Positions 59,793 through 64,000 of a stretch of 64,000 nt of DNA are shown one piece after another. How positions within the stretch are numbered: the first letter of the stretch is position 1; each line of letters begins with the position of its first letter. Origin of the DNA: a plasmid; the sequence record NZ_CP143948.1; one strand, written 5' to 3'. The notes under the pieces are model-generated. The model ran no database searches, was not told the origin of the DNA, and saw only the letters and a program-made list of their open reading frames with translations. A program made the translations under genes and the position numbers.

Positions 59793-62700
59793 CTATTCAG
59801 CCGTAATCAGTTCCTTACGCATTTGCGAAATCAGTTCCTCCACCACATCAAGCACATCCCGCTTCTTTGCCACGCTGCCATTTTTTAAATCAAATGTGAA
59901 ATATGGGTTTTCTGCCATATTAAATTTGAGGGAAGATTTATACTGGGCAACAAGCATTGGTATCTTCTCCGGATTTATCCTTGCCCGTTCAAACATGGTA
60001 AGCTTTATCAGTGAGCCGGTCTGCTTTATCTCAGTGATATATACGGCATGTGCCAACGCCTTAAGCCTTGCCACGCGAAGCAGGCTGAGCACTGATTTTG
60101 GTGGTTCACCAAACCTGTCTATGAGCTCCTCGAGCATCTCATCCTTCTCTTCCTCTGTCTCTATGCCTGCAATACGCTTGTATATATCCAGCTTCTGGAA
60201 TTCGTTTGCAATATAACCTGCCGGAATATAAGCATCGGTAACAATATCCACGGTCGTATCAAATTTATCACTGATATCCTCGATGCCCTTTGCCTCTTTT
60301 ACAGCCTCGCTCAACATCTTGCAGTACAAATCGTAGCCCACTGCCTCCATGTGTCCGCTCTGCTCCGCACCGAGCAGATTGCCCGCACCACGGATTTCAA
60401 GGTCTCTCATGGCAATCTTAAAGCCGCTGCCAAGGTCTGAGTACTCCTTTATCGCTGCAAGACGCTTTTCTGCCACCTCTTTTAACATCTTGTTTCGCCT
60501 GTACATGAGAAATGCATACGCAGTACGGTTAGATCTGCCGACTCGTCCGCGGAGCTGATAAAGCTGTGAAAGTCCCATGTTGTCCGCATCGTGTATAATC
60601 ATTGTATTGACGTTTGAGATGTCAAGTCCTGTCTCTATAATGGTCGTGGATACAAGCACATCTATTTCACCATTGATGAAACGGTACATGATGCGCTCAA
60701 GCTCCGTCTCCTTCATCTGTCCGTGCGCAAATGCAACAGTCGCATCCGGCACCAGCTCCTGCAGCTTTGCCGTTATGTCTGCTATGTCGCGCACTTTATT
60801 GTACACATAGTACACCTGTCCGTTTCTGGCAAGCTCCCTGTTTATCGCCTCTCTGACAAGCTCATCATTGTACTCCATGACATATGTCTGAATCGGTACA
60901 CGGTCCATCGGCGGCTCCTCAAGCACGCTCATATCCCTTATGCCGATTAAACTCATGTGGAGTGTCCTCGGAATCGGTGTAGCGGTCAGTGTGAGCACAT
61001 CGACATTGACCTTCATCTGCTTAATCTTCTCCTTGTGAGTCACTCCGAAGCGCTGCTCCTCATCGATTACCAAAAGCCCCAGATCCTTAAACTGTACATC
61101 CTTTGAGAGTATGCGGTGTGTTCCGATAATGATATCGACCTCACCCTTTTTGAGCTTTTCTATCGTCTTTTTCTGCTCTGCTGCGCTTCTGAAACGGCAC
61201 ATCAAATCCACATTCACCGGAAAATCCTTCATCCTCTGCGAAAACGTATCGTAAATCTGCTGTGCCAGAATGGTTGTCGGAGCAAGATATGCCACCTGCT
61301 TGCTGTCCTGCACCGCCTTGAAGGCCGCACGGATTGCAACCTCCGTCTTGCCGTAGCCCACATCACCGCAAATCAGTCTATCCATTATTTTATGGCTCTG
61401 CATATCAGTCTTTGTGGCTTCAATTGCAAGAATCTGATCCTCAGTCTCATCAAAAGGAAAAAGCTCCTCAAACTCTCTCTGCCATACCGTATCCTCGCCG
61501 AAAGCATATCCGTTTTGCTGCTCACGCTGGGCGTACAGCTTCACCAGGTCTCCTGCAATCTGCTTTACCGCACCTCTGACCCTATTCTTTGTTCTGGTCC
61601 ATTCCTGACCGCCAAGCTTGTTGAGCTTTGGTTTTCTGGCATCCTTTCCGGCATATTTTTGTATCATGTCAAGCTGGGTAGCGAGGATATAGAGATTGGA
61701 GCCACCCTGATACTCTATCTTGATGTAGTCCTTTACCTTTTTGTCCACCTCAAGCTTTTCAATGCCGCGGTAAATACCAAGTCCGTGGTTTTCATGCACT
61801 ACATAGTCCCCCACCGACAAATCGGTAAAGCTCTGTATTTTTTCACCCTCATAGGTGCGGTGACGCTTCTTTTTCTTCTGCTGCGCCCCAAAAATATCTG
61901 ACTCCGTAATCACGGCAAACTTTAGGATAGGATACTCAAAGCCTCTTCTCACCTTGCCGTAGCAGACCATAATCTGCCCCTCAAAAAGCTCATGGTCGTA
62001 GTTTTCAGTGTAAAAGCATGTGATTCCCTGATCTGTGATATCCTCTGAAAGCCGCTTTGCCCTTGTCCTTGAACCGGATAAAAGAATGACTCTGTAGCCG
62101 TTTTTCTTATAGCGCTTTAAGTCCTTTATCAAAAGCTCAAAACTGTTGTTGTATGGGCTGACGCTCTGACAGTGAATACCATAGCTTCCCAGCTGGTGCA
62201 GTCCGTTTGCTTTATTATCGAGCGCACCGAGTGCGATACATGAATACTTCTCGAGCTTTGCCACTATCTCCTTCTCTGTAAAAAGACCGTTCATCTGCCC
62301 CGGAAGTATATATCCCATCGCAAGTCTCTGCTTCATGCTCTCAGAAAACTCGGTCTCTGTAAGCTTTCCCTGCTCTGCGCATCTGGTCAGCTCATCGAAG
62401 AATATAAGGCTGTCCGATGGCTTAAAATAATCCAAAAGCCCGACTCTCTCGTCAAAAAAGTACGACAAAAAAGCATCCATGCCTGCATACATGGACAGCT
62501 CTCCCCATTCCTCGGTAAGCTCGTCTGCCATCACAGTCACTCTGTGTGCTTCCTCTGTCTTCATCTGCTTTCTAAGCTTGTCAGACACACGCTTTGCCTC
62601 TGCCTTAAGCTTTTCAATTCCCCCGGCCTTTTCCTCATCGCTAAGTACAAGCTCTGCCGCCGGATATATGCTCACCCGGTCAATATTTTCAATAGATTTC

Positions 62701-63332
62701 TGGCTCTCGCAGTCAAAATATCTGATGGTGTCTATCTCGTCTCCCCACAGCTCGATTCGGATAGGATTCTCCTCCGTCAGCGGAAAAACATCAAGAATAC
62801 CACCCCTGACAGAAAACTGTCCCATCGTCTGGACCTGATACTCTTTTTCATAGCCCATTCTGATAAGAGCAGCCTGAATTTCCTTCAAATCCAAAAGCTG
62901 TCCCAGCTCAAGTGTAAGCACGTTTTCCCACATCTTTTCTATCGGCGCCATCGTATTCATCAGCGCATCAAAGGTGGTCACAAGCGTCACTCTCTCCTGC
63001 TCACGGATAGCCTTCAAAGCCCTGATGCGCTCCGCTGTCAGGAGATTGCCCCTGATATCCGACTGGTAAAAAAGCACATCCTTTGATGGATAATACACCA
63101 CCTCTTTGTCAAAAAAACTGTACTCATCGTACAGTTCCTTCGCCTTCTGCTCTCCAAAGGTCACAATAAGCTTGTTTTTCCTGTGACCTCCAAAGGCATA
63201 TATCATCTGTGATTTTTGCGCATCTATACATCCCGTGACAGATATAAGTCCGGACGATTTTTCTGCCGTTTTTGTCATCTCCTCAAAGCCCGCAAGGGAA
63301 AGGAGTGGTTCTGTAAATGCTTTCACTTTCAA
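59793..63332 (-). CDS. mfd: transcription-repair coupling factor
   Basis: 1179 aa. DEAD/helicase motifs GDVGYGKTEVA, DEEQRFG. UvrB-homology and TRG motifs. Confidence 0.9.
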   Translation of the reverse strand: MKVKAFTEPLLSLAGFEEMTKTAEKSSGLISVTGCIDAQKSQMIYAFGGHRKNKLIVTFGEQKAKELYDEYSFFDKEVVYYPSKDVLFYQSDIRGNLLTAERIRALKAIREQERVTLVTTFDALMNTMAPIEKMWENVLTLELGQLLDLKEIQAALIRMGYEKEYQVQTMGQFSVRGGILDVFPLTEENPIRIELWGDEIDTIRYFDCESQKSIENIDRVSIYPAAELVLSDEEKAGGIEKLKAEAKRVSDKLRKQMKTEEAHRVTVMADELTEEWGELSMYAGMDAFLSYFFDERVGLLDYFKPSDSLIFFDELTRCAEQGKLTETEFSESMKQRLAMGYILPGQMNGLFTEKEIVAKLEKYSCIALGALDNKANGLHQLGSYGIHCQSVSPYNNSFELLIKDLKRYKKNGYRVILLSGSRTRAKRLSEDITDQGITCFYTENYDHELFEGQIMVCYGKVRRGFEYPILKFAVITESDIFGAQQKKKKRHRTYEGEKIQSFTDLSVGDYVVHENHGLGIYRGIEKLEVDKKVKDYIKIEYQGGSNLYILATQLDMIQKYAGKDARKPKLNKLGGQEWTRTKNRVRGAVKQIAGDLVKLYAQREQQNGYAFGEDTVWQREFEELFPFDETEDQILAIEATKTDMQSHKIMDRLICGDVGYGKTEVAIRAAFKAVQDSKQVAYLAPTTILAQQIYDTFSQRMKDFPVNVDLMCRFRSAAEQKKTIEKLKKGEVDIIIGTHRILSKDVQFKDLGLLVIDEEQRFGVTHKEKIKQMKVNVDVLTLTATPIPRTLHMSLIGIRDMSVLEEPPMDRVPIQTYVMEYNDELVREAINRELARNGQVYYVYNKVRDIADITAKLQELVPDATVAFAHGQMKETELERIMYRFINGEIDVLVSTTIIETGLDISNVNTMIIHDADNMGLSQLYQLRGRVGRSNRTAYAFLMYRRNKMLKEVAEKRLAAIKEYSDLGSGFKIAMRDLEIRGAGNLLGAEQSGHMEAVGYDLYCKMLSEAVKEAKGIEDISDKFDTTVDIVTDAYIPAGYIANEFQKLDIYKRIAGIETEEEKDEMLEELIDRFGEPPKSVLSLLRVARLKALAHAVYITEIKQTGSLIKLTMFERARINPEKIPMLVAQYKSSLKFNMAENPYFTFDLKNGSVAKKRDVLDVVEELISQMRKELITAE

Positions 63333-63375
63333 TTCTCCATTTCTGTCTGTTCAAAATCACCTTGTCGATTTCCAG

Positions 63376-63936
63376 CTAGTTATATATGTTCATAGCCTTA
63401 TCCGTCTCGCCCTGCATCATAAGAACTGCTGCATCCATCGCATGACCGATAGCTTCCTCCACCTTTGCCCTGTCCTCAGAACTGAAACGCCCGAGCACAT
63501 GGTCAGCAAGATCCCAGCCCTGCGGCTTCTCTCCAACACCGACCTTGATACGGCTGAAGCCCTGTGTGCCGGTCATTGCAATGATGCTCTTAATCCCGTT
63601 GTGACCGCCGGCGCTGCCCTTTTTGCGGATACGGATACGCCCCGGCTCAAGCGAAATATCATCAAAAATAACAATCATTTCCTCATCAGGATCAAGCTTA
63701 TAAAAATTCATCACCTCAGCAACAGACTCGCCGCTTAAGTTCATGTATGTCTGCGGCTTCACGAGCAGCACCTTCATGCCCTCAATCACTCCGCTTCCAC
63801 AGAGCGCCTTGTGCTTCTTGTCTGTCACACTTATATTATATTTATCCGCAAGCGCATCTATCACATCAAATCCAATATTGTGCCTTGTGTGCTCATATTT
63901 TTTGTCAGGATTTCCAAGTCCTACTATAACGTACAT
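63376..63936 (-). CDS. pth: peptidyl-tRNA hydrolase
   Basis: MYVIVGLGNPDKKYEHTRHNIGF, GHNGIKSI. 186 aa. Confidence 0.9.
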   Translation of the reverse strand: MYVIVGLGNPDKKYEHTRHNIGFDVIDALADKYNISVTDKKHKALCGSGVIEGMKVLLVKPQTYMNLSGESVAEVMNFYKLDPDEEMIVIFDDISLEPGRIRIRKKGSAGGHNGIKSIIAMTGTQGFSRIKVGVGEKPQGWDLADHVLGRFSSEDRAKVEEAIGHAMDAAVLMMQGETDKAMNIYN

Positions 63937-64000
63937 CGTTTATCCTTTCTCTTTCTAATATTATTTTATCTACATGTCATATGCATATTGTCACATATCA

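Noticed and set aside
1-64000. CRISPR arrays, tRNA or rRNA genes
   Set aside because: I scanned intergenic regions for regularly spaced direct repeats and for tRNA-like or rRNA-like sequence and found none. The few tandem repeats present are short operator-like motifs.

Overview
This 64 kb window looks like chromosomal DNA from a low/moderate-GC Firmicutes (Clostridia/Lachnospiraceae-like) genome. Nearly all genes are on the minus strand. From left to right: (i) a MATE efflux fragment, a UDG-superfamily glycosylase and a DUF4143-type AAA ATPase. (ii) A raffinose/melibiose locus: sucrose phosphorylase, a GH36 alpha-galactosidase carrying an unusual C-terminal uridine-kinase-like P-loop domain, a Raf/Msm-type ABC importer and a divergent AraC regulator. 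(iii) A multi-component sugar-sensing module (two binding proteins, LytS-like kinase, YesN-like AraC response regulator) next to an mglBAC-like galactose ABC operon. (iv) A small GntR-regulated cluster of membrane proteins that share a palindromic upstream motif. (v) An accessory island of about 16 kb: an IS91-family element with an upstream tyrosine recombinase, then an ~11.4 kb integrative mobilizable element (Int, Xis, XRE, DUF3847, MobA/MobL relaxase) carrying a BceRS/BceAB-like two-component system plus FtsX-type ABC module, with similar sequences at both ends, then small hypothetical genes and a decayed DDE transposase remnant. (vi) rluA-like, pflA and pflB, with an IS607-family tnpA-tnpB element inserted in the pflB-pflA intergenic region. 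(vii) A standalone rsmH paralog, a MATE transporter, a MITE-like repeat bounded by 31-bp inverted repeats, and an OmpR-type TCS. (viii) A core region: SAM-I riboswitch plus metK, an HD-GYP protein, murA, aroK, a SurA/PrsA-like lipoprotein, mfd and pth. No rRNA, tRNA or CRISPR array was seen.
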